Source: a plasmid
Direction: 5' to 3' (one strand)
Sequence record: NZ_CP044066.1
DNA length: 64,000 nt
Shown: positions 41,192 through 53,591 of the stretch, one piece after another
Layout of the letters: each line of letters begins with the position of its first letter
How positions within the stretch are numbered: the stretch's first letter is position 1
The notes under the pieces: generated by a model
Told to the model about the DNA's origin: nothing
Database searches by the model: none
What the model saw: only the letters and a program-made list of their open reading frames with translations
Made by a program: the position numbers and the translations under genes

Positions 41192-42018
41192 GATTGAAAC
41201 TCCGATGACTTCGAGAAGACGGCGCGCACTTCGCCCAGGCCTTCGATCCTCGCGGAGAAGACATCCCCGGCATGTACCGCAACCATGGGCCCCAATGCGC
41301 CGGTCAGCACCACATCGCCGGCCTGCAAGGGTTGCCCGACGCGAACCATCATGTCGGCAAGCCATACGGCAGCATTCAACGGATTGCCCAGGCATGCGGC
41401 GCCCGCCCCCACGCTGACCTGCTCGCCCCTGCGTTCCATGACCATGCCGCAACGCACGAGATCCAGATCACCCAGCTTGACGGGGCGCGTTCCGAGCACA
41501 AAGAGTCCGCTCGACGCGTTGTCCGCCACGGTATCGAGCAGTCGGATATCCCAGTTCGCGATGCGGCTGCCCACGACCTCGATGGCCGGCAGCGCATAGG
41601 CCGTGGACCCAACGATATCGGCAATCGTATGGCGCTCGTGCGGCAGGTCGTACTCGATCATCAGCGCAATCTCCGCTTCGACCTTGGGCTGATGGGTCCG
41701 GCCGAAGGGTATTTCCTCGCCGTCGCCGAAAGCCATGGTGTCCAGCAGCGTGCCGAAGTCCGGCGTGTCTACACCCAACTGCGCCTGCACGATCTTCGAC
41801 GTCAGGCCAATCTTGCGCCCCACGGTGCGCCCGCCGGCAGCCAACTGCCGTTGAATGTTGATCTGCTGGATGCGGTAGGCGTGTTCGAGCGCCACACCCC
41901 CACGCTTGGCCAATGCTTCGATGGCATCGCGAACAGGAGGAACGGGGCTGAACGGCTGCGCCCCATGCGGCTGCCACAGCGAATCGGCAATGCCCTGCAG
42001 TGTCGGATGACTGTCCAT
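41188..42018 (-). CDS. 2-keto-4-pentenoate (2-oxopent-4-enoate) hydratase
   Basis: MhpD/DmpE-family sequence. Start at MDSHPT. Overlaps the next start by 4 nt. Confidence 0.75.
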   Translation of the reverse strand: MDSHPTLQGIADSLWQPHGAQPFSPVPPVRDAIEALAKRGGVALEHAYRIQQINIQRQLAAGGRTVGRKIGLTSKIVQAQLGVDTPDFGTLLDTMAFGDGEEIPFGRTHQPKVEAEIALMIEYDLPHERHTIADIVGSTAYALPAIEVVGSRIANWDIRLLDTVADNASSGLFVLGTRPVKLGDLDLVRCGMVMERRGEQVSVGAGAACLGNPLNAAVWLADMMVRVGQPLQAGDVVLTGALGPMVAVHAGDVFSARIEGLGEVRAVFSKSSEFQS

Positions 42019-42020
42019 GT

Positions 42021-43511
42021 TCAATCGACCCTCACGCAGATGTTCGTGATCTCGGAATAGAAGTCCATGGAGTGGCGTCCCCCCTCCCGTCCGAATCCCG
42101 AGAGCTTTGCGCCGCCGAAGGGCGTACGCAGGTCCCGCGCATACCAAGCGTTGACCCACACGATGCCGGTCTCGATCTGCTGTGCAACGCGGTGGCCTCT
42201 TGCAAGGTGCGTGGTCCACACGCTGGCTGCCAGGCCGTACTTGCTGTTGTTCACCCGTGCCACCACTTCGTCCTCGGCGTCGAACGGCGCGATATGGCAA
42301 ACGGGCCCGAATACTTCTTCGGTGACACACCGTGCGGTATCCGGCAGTCCGGTCCAGATCGTGGGCTGGACGAAGGCGCCGTTGTCGCAGTCATCGCCAA
42401 AATGCGGTACGTCACCGCCAGTCACCACGGTTGCGCCCTCTTCGACGGCGAGCCTGAAGTAGCTCAGCACCTTATCGCGATGACCCTTGGAAATCATGGG
42501 GCCGGTAGTGTTGCCAGCCACGTACGGCGACCCGACGCGCAGCGCCTTCGTGCGCGCCTTCAACTCGGAGACGAAGCGCTCGAAGATCGAACGTTCGACA
42601 TAGACGCGCTCCGTGCACATGCAGACCTGCCCCGCATTGGTGAAGCTGGAGCGCAGGATGCCTTCGACCGCAGCGTCGAAATCCGCGTCGGCGAACACGA
42701 TCGCCGCATTCTTGCCGCCGAGTTCGAAGGACACGTTCTTCACGCCATCGGCCACGGCCTTCATGATGGTGCTGCCGGTCCTGGACTCGCCGGTGAAGGT
42801 AATGGCATCGATCTCCGGATGCCGGGTCAGCCATTCCCCCGCGGCGTTGGGGCCGTGCCCATGAATCAGGTTGAACACACCGTTGGGCAGTCCGGCGTCG
42901 CGAATGACGTCCGCCAGCAGCGTTGCGCTGGTCGGCGACTCCTCCGACGGCTTGGCCACCACCGTGTTGCCCATGGCCAGTGCCGGAGCCACTTTCCACG
43001 TCAGCAGGAGCAGCGGCAGGTTCCAGGGCGATATCACGCCGACCACACCCAGCGGTTTGCGCGTGACGTAGTTGAGCAATTGCGTGCCATCCGCGCCGCT
43101 CGACTCGAAACACTCGCTGTGCGCGGTGCTGACAAGATCGGCAAAGGTCCGGAAGTTCGAGATCGCGCGGGCGACATCGAGCGCCCTGGCCTGTGCAATG
43201 GGCCGGCCGGTATCTGCGACTTCCGCCGCCACGAACTCGTCAAAGCGATCCAGTATCCCGTCTGCGATGCGGCGCAAGGCTTCGGCCCGCTGTGCAGGCG
43301 TGGTCTTGCGCCACGGTCCGTTGTGCGCACGTCGTGCCGCGCGCACCGCCGCGTCGACCGTCGCGGCATCCGCCTCGGTCACCTGCGAAAGCTCCCGGCC
43401 ATCGACGGGACTGAGCTTGGGAAAAGAATCCTTCCATGCGACAAATTCGCCGTCGACGAAACATCGCAATTGCCTGGGCAATCGCTGTGCGATCTCTGCG
43501 TAATAATCCAT
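42021..43511 (-). CDS. 2-aminomuconate-6-semialdehyde (or 2-hydroxymuconate semialdehyde) dehydrogenase, ALDH family
   Basis: ALDH motifs ([22 protein letters not shown], catalytic Cys in GQVCMCTER). Start at MDYYAE with SD GCAGGAG. Confidence 0.8.
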   Translation of the reverse strand: MDYYAEIAQRLPRQLRCFVDGEFVAWKDSFPKLSPVDGRELSQVTEADAATVDAAVRAARRAHNGPWRKTTPAQRAEALRRIADGILDRFDEFVAAEVADTGRPIAQARALDVARAISNFRTFADLVSTAHSECFESSGADGTQLLNYVTRKPLGVVGVISPWNLPLLLLTWKVAPALAMGNTVVAKPSEESPTSATLLADVIRDAGLPNGVFNLIHGHGPNAAGEWLTRHPEIDAITFTGESRTGSTIMKAVADGVKNVSFELGGKNAAIVFADADFDAAVEGILRSSFTNAGQVCMCTERVYVERSIFERFVSELKARTKALRVGSPYVAGNTTGPMISKGHRDKVLSYFRLAVEEGATVVTGGDVPHFGDDCDNGAFVQPTIWTGLPDTARCVTEEVFGPVCHIAPFDAEDEVVARVNNSKYGLAASVWTTHLARGHRVAQQIETGIVWVNAWYARDLRTPFGGAKLSGFGREGGRHSMDFYSEITNICVRVD

Positions 43512-43636
43512 GAGCACTCCTGCAACGGGTAGTGAGGCAAGTCTAGAAGTGCTGGCCCGGCTTGAATAATCAAACCTTGGGCGGTTGATATAAGGCCGTG
43601 GAATAGCAATAGCCGGGCACGCCCGTGGCGCCACGC

Positions 43637-43682
43637 AAAAAAAAAAGCGCCAGGGCGCTTCTGAAGCAAAGCGCCCTGGCGT
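43637..43682 (-). terminator. Strong intrinsic terminator for the porin gene
   Basis: On the minus strand, a 12-bp GC stem (GCGCCCTGGCGC / GCGCCAGGGCGC) with a 12-nt loop is followed by T10. Confidence 0.75.
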
Positions 43683-43717
43683 TGCAACGCACCGCAACGG
43701 GTGCGCGTCACCCAATG

Positions 43718-44803
43718 TCAGAAGATGTGCTTGATGCCTGCGGTGACACCCAGCTGGTTGCCGCCTGCCGTGGGCATGGCGGCGGGCGTGGCGCCGGAAC
43801 TGACAGACATCGCAAGCTGGCCGCCGTTATCGATAAATCCAACAGCGGTGTAGACGGTGGTCCGCTTCGAGAACGCGTAGTTGGCGCGCGCCGCATAAAG
43901 CCATGCCTTGTCCGCGCTTTGGTGGTAGCGCAGATAGAGCAGCTCGCCGTCGACGCTGAAGGCTGGCGTGACGGCGTAGGACATCCCACCGTACAGGAGA
44001 TCGCTACGCGGCGTTGCCGCATTGCCATCATTGTCCCGGCGAATCCAGCCGCCGCCGACCTTCGCGCGCCCGATGTTTGTGTAGCCGCTCAACGAGAGGC
44101 GATCATCCTTCAAGCCGCTGCTGGTGAGGCCGCCTGCAGCGCCAGCGCCGCCGCGCAAGGAATCGTAGGCCGCATAGACGCCCCATTGACTGTTGCTGTA
44201 ACCCACCAACGCCGACCACTCGCGACAGGCATTGTGATCGCCGGCGTTTTCACCCGCACAAGACATCCCGGCCGGTGCGGCGTCGCGGCCGAAGCTGTAC
44301 GTTGCACCAAGGGTGAATCCGCCGAACGTACCCTTGTAGGAAATCGCATTGTCCGTGCGCGGATTCGCCATGTAGCTGTCGAGCGACGATGTGCCGAAGG
44401 TATTGGGTCCCAGCATGTCGGCATCGAGGGTTGCCCAGAACAGCATGGTGTACTGACGGCCTAGCGCCACCTGCCCCCAGGGGCCGCTGAGTCCCACCCA
44501 CGCTTGCCGGCCGAACAGCCGGCTGGCCTGATTCGATACGCCAGAGTCGGGCGCAAAGCCGGACTCCAGCACGAACGCGGACTTCAACCCGCCTCCCAAA
44601 TCCTCCGTACCGCGCAGACCCCAGCGCGAAGGGACGGTCCCCGAGAGATTGTTCATTCTCACCAGCCCGTGGTGGTCGTGGCCGACACGATTGACGTACT
44701 CGACGCCGGTATCGACCACGCCATACAGCGTGACGGACTGCGCCATGGCGCAGATTGGCGCCATGGCCAGACCCGCGCAAACCATTTTTCCAAACGTCTT
44801 CAC
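43718..44803 (-). CDS. Gram-negative general porin (OmpC/Omp38-type)
   Basis: Signal peptide MKTFGKMVCAGLAMAPICAMAQ, Gly-rich beta-barrel pattern and a C-terminal F. Confidence 0.85.
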   Translation of the reverse strand: MKTFGKMVCAGLAMAPICAMAQSVTLYGVVDTGVEYVNRVGHDHHGLVRMNNLSGTVPSRWGLRGTEDLGGGLKSAFVLESGFAPDSGVSNQASRLFGRQAWVGLSGPWGQVALGRQYTMLFWATLDADMLGPNTFGTSSLDSYMANPRTDNAISYKGTFGGFTLGATYSFGRDAAPAGMSCAGENAGDHNACREWSALVGYSNSQWGVYAAYDSLRGGAGAAGGLTSSGLKDDRLSLSGYTNIGRAKVGGGWIRRDNDGNAATPRSDLLYGGMSYAVTPAFSVDGELLYLRYHQSADKAWLYAARANYAFSKRTTVYTAVGFIDNGGQLAMSVSSGATPAAMPTAGGNQLGVTAGIKHIF

Positions 44804-44935
44804 TGCTTTCTCCCTCTTCGCATATCACTGCTGTTGGCTCTTGTACTGCGGAAAAAAAGCAAAGCGATGCCCTTCCAGCCTGGCTGGAACAGCATGTCAA
44901 AAGGTTGGTTGTGGGCTGCTGCGGAAACCGATGCG

Positions 44936-45898
44936 TCAACCGACCTCGTTGCGACCGGCGACCTCCCTCAGGCACTGGATGAACACTTCACATGCGGGCG
45001 TGAGTGGCTTGTTGGCGCGAACCGAGTAGCCGACCGTCCCGAAGGCGCCCAGTTCCGGAAGGGAAAGCGTTCGCAGCAGGCCGGCTTCGACGAACTGCCG
45101 GGCCGCTACGCGCGGCATGACCGCGATGCGGTGGGTGGTGAGCAGCAGGCCAAGGTTGGTCAGCACGGACATCGACTCCACGAGGTCGCGAGGCAGATCA
45201 ATCCCGGCACTGCGGAACATGCGTTCCACCGCGTAGCGCAACGGTGAATCCGGTGTGGGCAGGATCCACGGAAGGTGACCCAATTCGCGCAACGATGTGA
45301 CCGTTGGCCCCACGGCATCGTTTGCACTGCCCGCGACAACGTCGAGCGAGTCTTCGAAGAGCGGCTGATGGGCAAGTGGAAACGCCTCGGCGAGCGGCAA
45401 CTCCCGCTCTGGCAGGCGTCCGACGACAATATCGACTTCGCCCGTGGCCAGGGCGGGAAAGAGTTGCGCGGTCGGACCTTCGCGCACGGTGACGATGACG
45501 TTCGGCGCGCGCGCCTTCAGCCTGGCAATCGTCGACGGGAGCAGATGCGCGGAAGCGGCGATCATGGTGCCGACAATCACCCTGCCCGCCGTTCCGAAAC
45601 GGAACTGATCGAGTTCCTCCGTCATGTATCGGAACTCCGCGAGCAGCGATTTGACGCGGCGTGCCAGCAGGAGACCCAGGTCCGTTGGCACTACGCCACG
45701 ATTGGAGCGGGCAAACAAGGCCCCGTCCACGCCCGCTTCCAACTCCTGGATGATCTTGGTCACCGCCGGCTGGGTCAAGCCCATGTCGTTGGCCGCGTGC
45801 AGGATCGATCCCGTCTCAATGACACGATCGAAGACCAGCAACTGACTCAGCTTCAGGTTTCGGCTCAGTCGGATTTGCGTTAGCGGATGAACGGGCAT
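44936..45898 (-). CDS. LysR-family transcriptional regulator (within the catabolic island)
   Basis: Start at MPVHPLTQIRLSRNLKLSQLLVFDRVIETGSILHAANDMGLTQPAVTKIIQELE. The longer track ORF overlaps the upstream gene. Confidence 0.85.
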   Translation of the reverse strand: MPVHPLTQIRLSRNLKLSQLLVFDRVIETGSILHAANDMGLTQPAVTKIIQELEAGVDGALFARSNRGVVPTDLGLLLARRVKSLLAEFRYMTEELDQFRFGTAGRVIVGTMIAASAHLLPSTIARLKARAPNVIVTVREGPTAQLFPALATGEVDIVVGRLPERELPLAEAFPLAHQPLFEDSLDVVAGSANDAVGPTVTSLRELGHLPWILPTPDSPLRYAVERMFRSAGIDLPRDLVESMSVLTNLGLLLTTHRIAVMPRVAARQFVEAGLLRTLSLPELGAFGTVGYSVRANKPLTPACEVFIQCLREVAGRNEVG

Positions 45899-45932
45899 GG
45901 CAGCACCATCTCTTGAAGATCCGACAGTCGAT

Positions 45933-47122
<1,190 letters not shown>

Positions 47123-47135
47123 TCAGGCTGATCGA

Positions 47136-47582
47136 TCAGCCTGCTTTCACTTGGGGCGCGTAGGCGATGGCCTTGATCTCGATGACCAGCAACGGGTGCG
47201 GCAACTGGTGCACTGCCACCGTGGTGCGCGTGGGACCGCCTTCGTCGAAGTATTCGGCATAGGTTTCGTTGTAACCCCCGAAATCGTTCATGTTGACCAG
47301 GAATGTGGTGATCTCCACCACATTCGCAAGATCCGCACCTTCGGCCTGGAGGATGTCGCGAATGTTCTCGATCACCGCTCGCGTCTGCTGCCGGATATCG
47401 ACAGTCGTGGTACCGAACGCGTCGCTGGATGCTCCGATGAAGGTGTTGTCCGGACGCCTCGAACTGGTGCCCGACACGAAGAGAAAGTCACCGGCGCGCA
47501 CCACATGGGGAAACCGCCCCCGGGGTGTTGCCTTGCCTTGCACCAGGCGCGCCTGACTGGACTGCGTCATTACCTGCTCCAT
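47136..47582 (-). CDS. RidA/YjgF-family protein, probable 2-aminomuconate deaminase
   Basis: 148-aa YjgF-family sequence in an operon with nbaC. AmnD/NbaF deaminases belong to this family. Confidence 0.65.
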   Translation of the reverse strand: MEQVMTQSSQARLVQGKATPRGRFPHVVRAGDFLFVSGTSSRRPDNTFIGASSDAFGTTTVDIRQQTRAVIENIRDILQAEGADLANVVEITTFLVNMNDFGGYNETYAEYFDEGGPTRTTVAVHQLPHPLLVIEIKAIAYAPQVKAG

Positions 47583-47622
47583 TGATGTTGTCGTTGAGGA
47601 AATTGATTGGGAAAGGCGCGCC

Positions 47623-49224
47623 CTACTGGTTCACATCGACGTCTTTGGTTTCCTTGAGCACAAAGATGCCGAGAGCGACCGAGACACCACCCACGATGAT
47701 TGCGTACCAGAGTCCGCCCAGCACATCGCCTGACTTCACGGCGAGCGCAGTCGACATGAACGGAGCCAGTCCGCCGAAATATCCGGCGCCGATGTTGTAG
47801 GGAATGGAGATCGACGTGTAGCGAATGGCGGCCGGAAACAGTTCCACGTAATAGGCAGACATCGGGCCATAAGCCATCGCACCCCAGATCATCAGCAGAA
47901 ACAGGAGGCCATACATGACGGGACGATTGATCGCGTCCGTGTCGGCCGCTGGCGGATAACCGGCGGCAACCAGTGCTTCCTTGAACGTGCTGGCATCAAA
48001 CCCGTAGAGCGGCTTGTCGCCGATGTAGGTCACCAGAGGTTCCCCAGCTAGGCCCGGCTCCACGCGGTACGACAAACCCGCTTGTGTCAGGAAGTCTCGT
48101 GCCTTGTCACAGGCGGTATGGGCGTCGGAGAACATGCTGTCATTGCACTCGGATGAGGCGATGCGGATCGTCACGGATTGCTGGAAGTGAGCGAGTCCCG
48201 GATTCACGGCCTTGCTCAGTTGGGAAAAGATCGGGAGGAACGTCACGACTGCCATGCCGCAACCAATCAGGACGATCCATTTGCGGCCCACCTTGTCCGA
48301 CAGCCAGCCAAAGAACACGTAGAGCGGCAGCGAGAAAATCAGCGCGACAACCAAGTAACCGTAGGCGTCGCTGGCTGGCACCTTGAGCGTGGAGGTCAGG
48401 AAGTACAGGACATAGAAGTTGCATGTGTACCAGACCACGCCAACTGCGGCTTGCGCGCCAAACAACACCGCCAGCATGCGGCGCACGTTCTGCCCAACCA
48501 TCAGGCTGTCGCGTAGCGGGGCACTGGACGTCCGGTTCTCCGCTTTCATGCGCCTGAATACGGGAGACTCCGAAAGCGTCGTGCGGATGTACGTGGATAC
48601 GGCCAGGAGTAGCAGGGACGCGAGGAACGGGACACGCCAACCCCACGATGCAAAGTCTTCCGTCGAGATCCAGATCCGGCAGATCTGCGTCACCGCAAGA
48701 GACAACAGGAAGCCGAAAGTTGCGGTGGTCTGAAGCCAGCCCGTCGCGTAACCGCGGCGACCCGACGGCGTGTGTTCCGCGATATAGGCCGCGGCACCGC
48801 CGTACTCACCACCCAATGCCAACCCCTGGAGCAGACGCAGCACAATCAGGATGGCAGGCGACGCCCAGCCGAGCGTCTCGTAGGAAGGCAAGAGGCCGAT
48901 ACCGGCCGTGGAGACACCCATCAATACGACCGTGGCGAGAAACGTTGCCTTGCGCCCGGCCTTGTCGCCAAACCGGCCGAACAAGACCGCACCGAGCGGG
49001 CGGATGATAAAGCCGATACCGAATGTCGCCAGTGAGGCGAGATAACTCGCCGTGGAATTACCGGCGGGAAAAAAATGCGAGGAAAAGAAAATGGCCAGAC
49101 TTCCGTAGAGAAAGAAGTCATACCATTCGAGAACAGTACCGACACACGCCCCTACGACAACCTTGACTTCTTCACGCCTGGCCGTGCCACGCGGCCGCAC
49201 CTCTGCTGTTAGTTCGCTGCTCAT
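47623..49224 (-). CDS. MFS transporter, metabolite:H+ symporter (MHS) family
   Basis: MHS signature N-terminus ([13 protein letters not shown]...[10 protein letters not shown]) with an unusually long hydrophilic insert of about 100 aa between the two 6-TM halves. First gene of the catabolic island. Confidence 0.8.
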   Translation of the reverse strand: MSSELTAEVRPRGTARREEVKVVVGACVGTVLEWYDFFLYGSLAIFFSSHFFPAGNSTASYLASLATFGIGFIIRPLGAVLFGRFGDKAGRKATFLATVVLMGVSTAGIGLLPSYETLGWASPAILIVLRLLQGLALGGEYGGAAAYIAEHTPSGRRGYATGWLQTTATFGFLLSLAVTQICRIWISTEDFASWGWRVPFLASLLLLAVSTYIRTTLSESPVFRRMKAENRTSSAPLRDSLMVGQNVRRMLAVLFGAQAAVGVVWYTCNFYVLYFLTSTLKVPASDAYGYLVVALIFSLPLYVFFGWLSDKVGRKWIVLIGCGMAVVTFLPIFSQLSKAVNPGLAHFQQSVTIRIASSECNDSMFSDAHTACDKARDFLTQAGLSYRVEPGLAGEPLVTYIGDKPLYGFDASTFKEALVAAGYPPAADTDAINRPVMYGLLFLLMIWGAMAYGPMSAYYVELFPAAIRYTSISIPYNIGAGYFGGLAPFMSTALAVKSGDVLGGLWYAIIVGGVSVALGIFVLKETKDVDVNQ

Positions 49225-49942
49225 TCAGGTCTCCTCCACCCTATTGGCTACAGGCTACGGCGCACACTTGCTACCGTTGCAGAGGAGTCTAAAAGCTGGG
49301 TTTCGCGAACCATAATCAATCATGGAGGCACTACTATTCCACGCTGTTATATCAGCGGGATGGTCGCAATTTTTCGTATTTGCACGCACTTTTCATGTGC
49401 GCCTGCACTATGCGCCGCAGGGAAATCCCTCCCTTTTCTGCACCGAAAACAGTCGCGATTTTTGGCGGCAGATGAATTGCACACACCGGCGGTGCAGACG
49501 ATCGGTGTTCCTTCGGTGATTCGCGGTACTTTCGCCTCCTCCTCGATGTATCGCGAAAGCGACATCGTTACCTAACATGTCACGCCGCTTTTTGTAACGA
49601 GCGCCGTTCCAGGAGTTCTTCCAGCGGAGGAAAGCTGTTGATCTGACGGTATTTGTCTTCTATGCGCACGATGCCAGTCATTTCATGACTTAACACCACT
49701 GACCTAGTTGGGTCGATCGCTGCCACTTGAGTAGGTACCGGTCGGCGGTCATCGACCAGGTTCGCTAGTTCGATATGGCCGACGTCAATGACCGGTTATG
49801 TCCGCGGAATGCGAAGAAGGCGACCGCATTGCCTACCGTGAGCGCCAGCGGTGGGCTGGCTCCTGGGCCTATAATCCGCAACCAGCGGCGGGGCACTGAC
49901 CGGCGCCGAGCCCTTCATCCCATTCCTGCCACCTGCCTAGCC

Positions 49943-50989
49943 ATGCGCCCCTTTCGCCGACGTAGCGCCCACGCCGTTCTCTCGCTTGCCCTGAGCACGG
50001 GTATGGCCATCACGGTACCCGGGCTACTTGCGCCAGCTGCGCATGCGCAGCTGGCGCCCGTGGTGTGGCAGATGGCCACTGAGTATCCGGCCACATCGAT
50101 GCCCGGCGAGGGGCTGAGCACGTTTGCCCAGGAAATTGCTGCACGCACGCAGGGTGCGCTGGCCCCGCAGCCAACGTTTGATGCGGTCGCCGGCTTCAAA
50201 TCGGCGCAGATGCCGGCAGCAATCCGAGATGGCAGGCTGCAGGCCGGCGATGCATTCGGCGGGGCGCTGGGCGAGATCGACCCGATCTTCCTGCTGTCTT
50301 CGCTGCCGTTCGTTGCCACGACGGTGGACCAGGCCCACCGACTTGCCGATCTGGCCCGCGCCGATTACGCCCAGGCCTTCGCAAGGCAGGGCCAGCACCT
50401 GATCTACATCACCCCTTGGCCGCCGACCGGCCTGTGGTCGCGCAACGCGGTGGGCTCGCTCGACGCACTGCGGGCACTTTCAGTGCGCGCCTATGACGAG
50501 ACCTCGGCCGAAGTCATGCGCGCAGCCGGCGCCAAGGCGCAGAGCCTGTCGTTTGCCGATGCCATGCCGCGCCTCAAGGACGGCTCGGTGAATGCCGTGC
50601 TGTCGTCGGGCGATGGCGGCGCCGGGCGAAAGTTGTGGGATTACCTGCCCCACTTCACAGCCATCGGCTACGCCATGCCGTTGTCATTTACGACGATCAA
50701 TCTCGCCGCGTGGCAGGCGCTGACGCCTGCGCAACGCGATGCCGTCGCCGCCGCGGGCCGGGCAACCGAAGACCGCCAGTGGGCACGCCTTGACACACGA
50801 CTGGCCGAAAACACTGCTCGCATGCGCGCCAACGGCGTCACGATCGAAGACCATGCCGCTCCAGCCGTGCAGCAGGCCCTGCGCGACGCGGGCATGAGCG
50901 CCGTGGGCGTTTGGCAAGCGCGCGTCGGCGAACGCGGCGCGGACTTGCTGAGGACCTATCTGGGCAACGAGTCGGGGTCACCGCGCTAA
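49943..50989 (+). CDS. TRAP-transporter DctP-family periplasmic solute-binding protein (orphan)
   Basis: Signal peptide MRPFRRRSAHAVLSLALS...AHAQ followed by a DctP-like fold. No dctQM genes are adjacent. Confidence 0.55.
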   Translation: MRPFRRRSAHAVLSLALSTGMAITVPGLLAPAAHAQLAPVVWQMATEYPATSMPGEGLSTFAQEIAARTQGALAPQPTFDAVAGFKSAQMPAAIRDGRLQAGDAFGGALGEIDPIFLLSSLPFVATTVDQAHRLADLARADYAQAFARQGQHLIYITPWPPTGLWSRNAVGSLDALRALSVRAYDETSAEVMRAAGAKAQSLSFADAMPRLKDGSVNAVLSSGDGGAGRKLWDYLPHFTAIGYAMPLSFTTINLAAWQALTPAQRDAVAAAGRATEDRQWARLDTRLAENTARMRANGVTIEDHAAPAVQQALRDAGMSAVGVWQARVGERGADLLRTYLGNESGSPR

Positions 50990-51418
50990 GCCGTGAAGGG
51001 ACTCACCCTCCCGTCCCATCCCGTCCGGATGATCGGCCGCCCCGTCCCCCCTTCACTTCCCACTCCTTAGCCTTCCCGTCCCGATGCAAGTTGCGCACGC
51101 GCGTTGGGCTTGAGCTGAGCGTCGCCGCCCAACTGACGCCGGCTGGCGCAAAAACAGCTTGGACCTCCTTTCCAGCATACGAAGATAAAAAATCCGCAAT
51201 TAACTCGTCATCCCGGTCGCGGCAGACGCGCCGGCCGTACACTTTCGAGGCGGATTTATTGCGTTTCCCGGTCACTCTATTTGCCGTCAGCGGATGGTCG
51301 CGCTATATCCCCACCGGCCCTCGGAAGCAGTGCTCCAGGAAGGCGAAATCGGGATGCGGCCTAAATCGTTGCCATCTTCGAACAAGTCCCAACGTTTCGC
51401 ATTCGGTCCGCCGGACGC

Positions 51419-52615
51419 CTACTCTTTCCCTACACCATGCCTCCAACCAGGCACGCTAATGTAATAACGCACCGCTTTGCCCACGCCCTGGCTCCACAGT
51501 TGACCACCCTTCACCATGTCACTCAGGTCGCGAGTAGCCGTCGCCTTCGAGACCCCGGTCATTTTCATGTACTTCTCAGCGTTCAGTCCACCCAAGAAGC
51601 CGCCGTCACCGTCGTCCAAAAGCCGTTGCAGTACTTTGCGCTGCCGTTCGTGAAGACCGCTCCCTTTCTGCTTCTCCCAAAACTGCTTTTTTTCAATTGC
51701 TTGATCGATAACTCCGCTGGCTGCATGGCAAGCAGCCGTGATTTGACGAGCAAACCACTTCACCCATGCCGTGACGTCGCTTTCGCCGCGCTGCGCTCGG
51801 TTCAATTCGTCGTAGTACGCCGAACGGAGAGTGAGGAGTTGCCGCGAAAGACTGTATAGCCGCACTGGCTGCCGCAGGTGCTGCGCCATTGCCATGTCAA
51901 CGATAGCTCGACCAATGCGCCCATTTCCGTCCTCGAACGGGTGGATGCTCTCAAACCACAGGTGCGCAATGGCGGCCCGAGCAAAGCCGTCGGTGGGCTT
52001 CCTACCAACCGCTGGCAAGAGCGAGGCCCGCGCCGGCGTGGTGTCTGCGAACCAGTTGAGGAAGCGATTCATCTGCTCGGGGACGTCCTTTGAAGGCGGA
52101 GCCTCGTAGTGGACAATCTCGCGACCCGGTTGGCCACTAACGATTTGCATTGGATCGGGGTGGTCCCGATAGCGACCAACTGCGATCCGATGGATGCCTG
52201 ACGTCCCGCCGGGAAAAAGCGCGGATTGCCAGCGGCACAGGCGGTCTTCGTCCAAAGGCGTATCGATCGCGGTCGTTGCGTCACTGATAACTTCCACAAG
52301 CCCATCGACGCTGCGGTTGATTGGGCCAGACGTGGACAACCCAAGCCGCCTCATGACGGAGGAGCGTACCGCGTCTAAGGAAAGGCGCTCTCCCTCGATC
52401 GCTGCAGTCGCCAACACTTCATCGGACAGCGCATTCAGGGCCACTTGGCTTGTCGTGCCTATGCCGATGGCGGCTGCCTTGCCTTCCAAAACACCGTGCA
52501 TACGGTAGGCTTCAGCCAGCTCGAGCGCGACCGCGCTGGCATCATAGGCGAGAGCCGCCTCAGGCCAATCCGGGCGCAGCCAGATCCATGGGGAGGTCGA
52601 GCGTGATGTCGTCAT
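51419..52615 (-). CDS. Fic-family protein (Fido domain + C-terminal winged helix)
   Basis: Canonical Fic motif HPFEDGNGRIGR. The start may be ATG 52615 (MTTS) or 52627. Confidence 0.8.
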   Translation of the reverse strand: MTTSRSTSPWIWLRPDWPEAALAYDASAVALELAEAYRMHGVLEGKAAAIGIGTTSQVALNALSDEVLATAAIEGERLSLDAVRSSVMRRLGLSTSGPINRSVDGLVEVISDATTAIDTPLDEDRLCRWQSALFPGGTSGIHRIAVGRYRDHPDPMQIVSGQPGREIVHYEAPPSKDVPEQMNRFLNWFADTTPARASLLPAVGRKPTDGFARAAIAHLWFESIHPFEDGNGRIGRAIVDMAMAQHLRQPVRLYSLSRQLLTLRSAYYDELNRAQRGESDVTAWVKWFARQITAACHAASGVIDQAIEKKQFWEKQKGSGLHERQRKVLQRLLDDGDGGFLGGLNAEKYMKMTGVSKATATRDLSDMVKGGQLWSQGVGKAVRYYISVPGWRHGVGKE

Positions 52616-53207
52616 GAGGCGCATCATACTATATACGGCTCAATGTATGAGCCGTTTTTGGAGTTTTGCGGCTCAACCGAACGGCCGCTCCCTGACAATG
52701 CGACGCATGCGCAGATCTAACGCGAAAATCTCGCCCCGCGGCAGCGGGCTGGACAGGGCATCAAGCACGCCGAGCCTTTCTCGCACAAGGTTCCCCTGTA
52801 TCTCCGGCATGGAGCGCCCTCTTTGTCAGTTGCGGAACTCTTGCTGCCACCAGACCGTTCGGTGAGCTTTAGACACCTCGCAAGTCCCTCGTCGCAGGGT
52901 CGCGGCACGGAATGCATCGCCGCCGGGGACAGATGGGCGGAGGAATCGCTTATGCCCAGCGCGCTATCGGCGGCTGGCGCCGCAGGCAAGCAAAAAGCGC
53001 TCGCATCTTCGGGCAAGGTCGACCGCGCCGTCTCGCAGGGCGCGGAATCGCCCGACTGTAGATTTGCACCGAAAACTGACCCACAGGCCCTAATGGGTCA
53101 GGTTCGGATGCAACTCAACAGCCCGACCTCGGCGCGACTGTTGCATGTCAACAATGCTCTTACCGCCGCCGAGAAGGGGGAGCCGATAAGCGCGGCCTTG
53201 GCCTCAG

Positions 53208-53591
53208 TTACTGTATCGGGGGAACGATACCGATCTTCTCAGCCAACATACGTTCGTACACGCCAAAGTGCAGGTCTACCTCAGTCTGGTTAACGACGGT
53301 CATCTCCATATTTATCTGATCTGCCTTTAGCCCGAACATCATGGCGAGCGCCCTCTCGAGCTCGGGGACAACATGCTTGTCCTTCGGAAAAGTGGTGCCG
53401 ATACTTATCGAGTACGCGTTGGAGCGATCCGCCACGACTTCGAGCAAACGCGCTGCGGCACTCATATTGTGTTCAATTCCAATGCGGGCCAGCTCCGCAA
53501 TACTGCGCAACTTCTCGGTGGGAAATCCTCGGACACATCGCAGCCGTATCCGATGAGGGCCTAATGTCATCCAATCGGTATCAAAATCCAT
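53208..53591 (-). CDS. Hypothetical protein (127 aa)
   Basis: SD GAGG lies 6 nt before ATG(MDFDTDW). Possible HTH-like segment SIAELARIGIEHNMSAAARLL. Confidence 0.35.
   Translation of the reverse strand: MDFDTDWMTLGPHRIRLRCVRGFPTEKLRSIAELARIGIEHNMSAAARLLEVVADRSNAYSISIGTTFPKDKHVVPELERALAMMFGLKADQINMEMTVVNQTEVDLHFGVYERMLAEKIGIVPPIQ

Noticed and set aside
40256-41452. 398-aa version of the acetaldehyde dehydrogenase ORF
   Set aside because: The N-terminal 86 aa are R/G-rich junk overlapping the hydratase gene. A GTG start with SD at 41191 gives the canonical roughly 312-aa protein.
44250-44975. 241-aa minus-strand ORF overlapping the porin gene in another frame
   Set aside because: Frame-shifted artefact; the porin frame has a signal peptide, beta-barrel periodicity and a C-terminal Phe.
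50995-51100. C-rich cccgtcc motif repeated about 4 times downstream of the TRAP SBP gene
   Set aside because: Very short low-complexity repeats in a GC-rich intergenic region are probably compositional. No dyad symmetry or spacing regularity was found.
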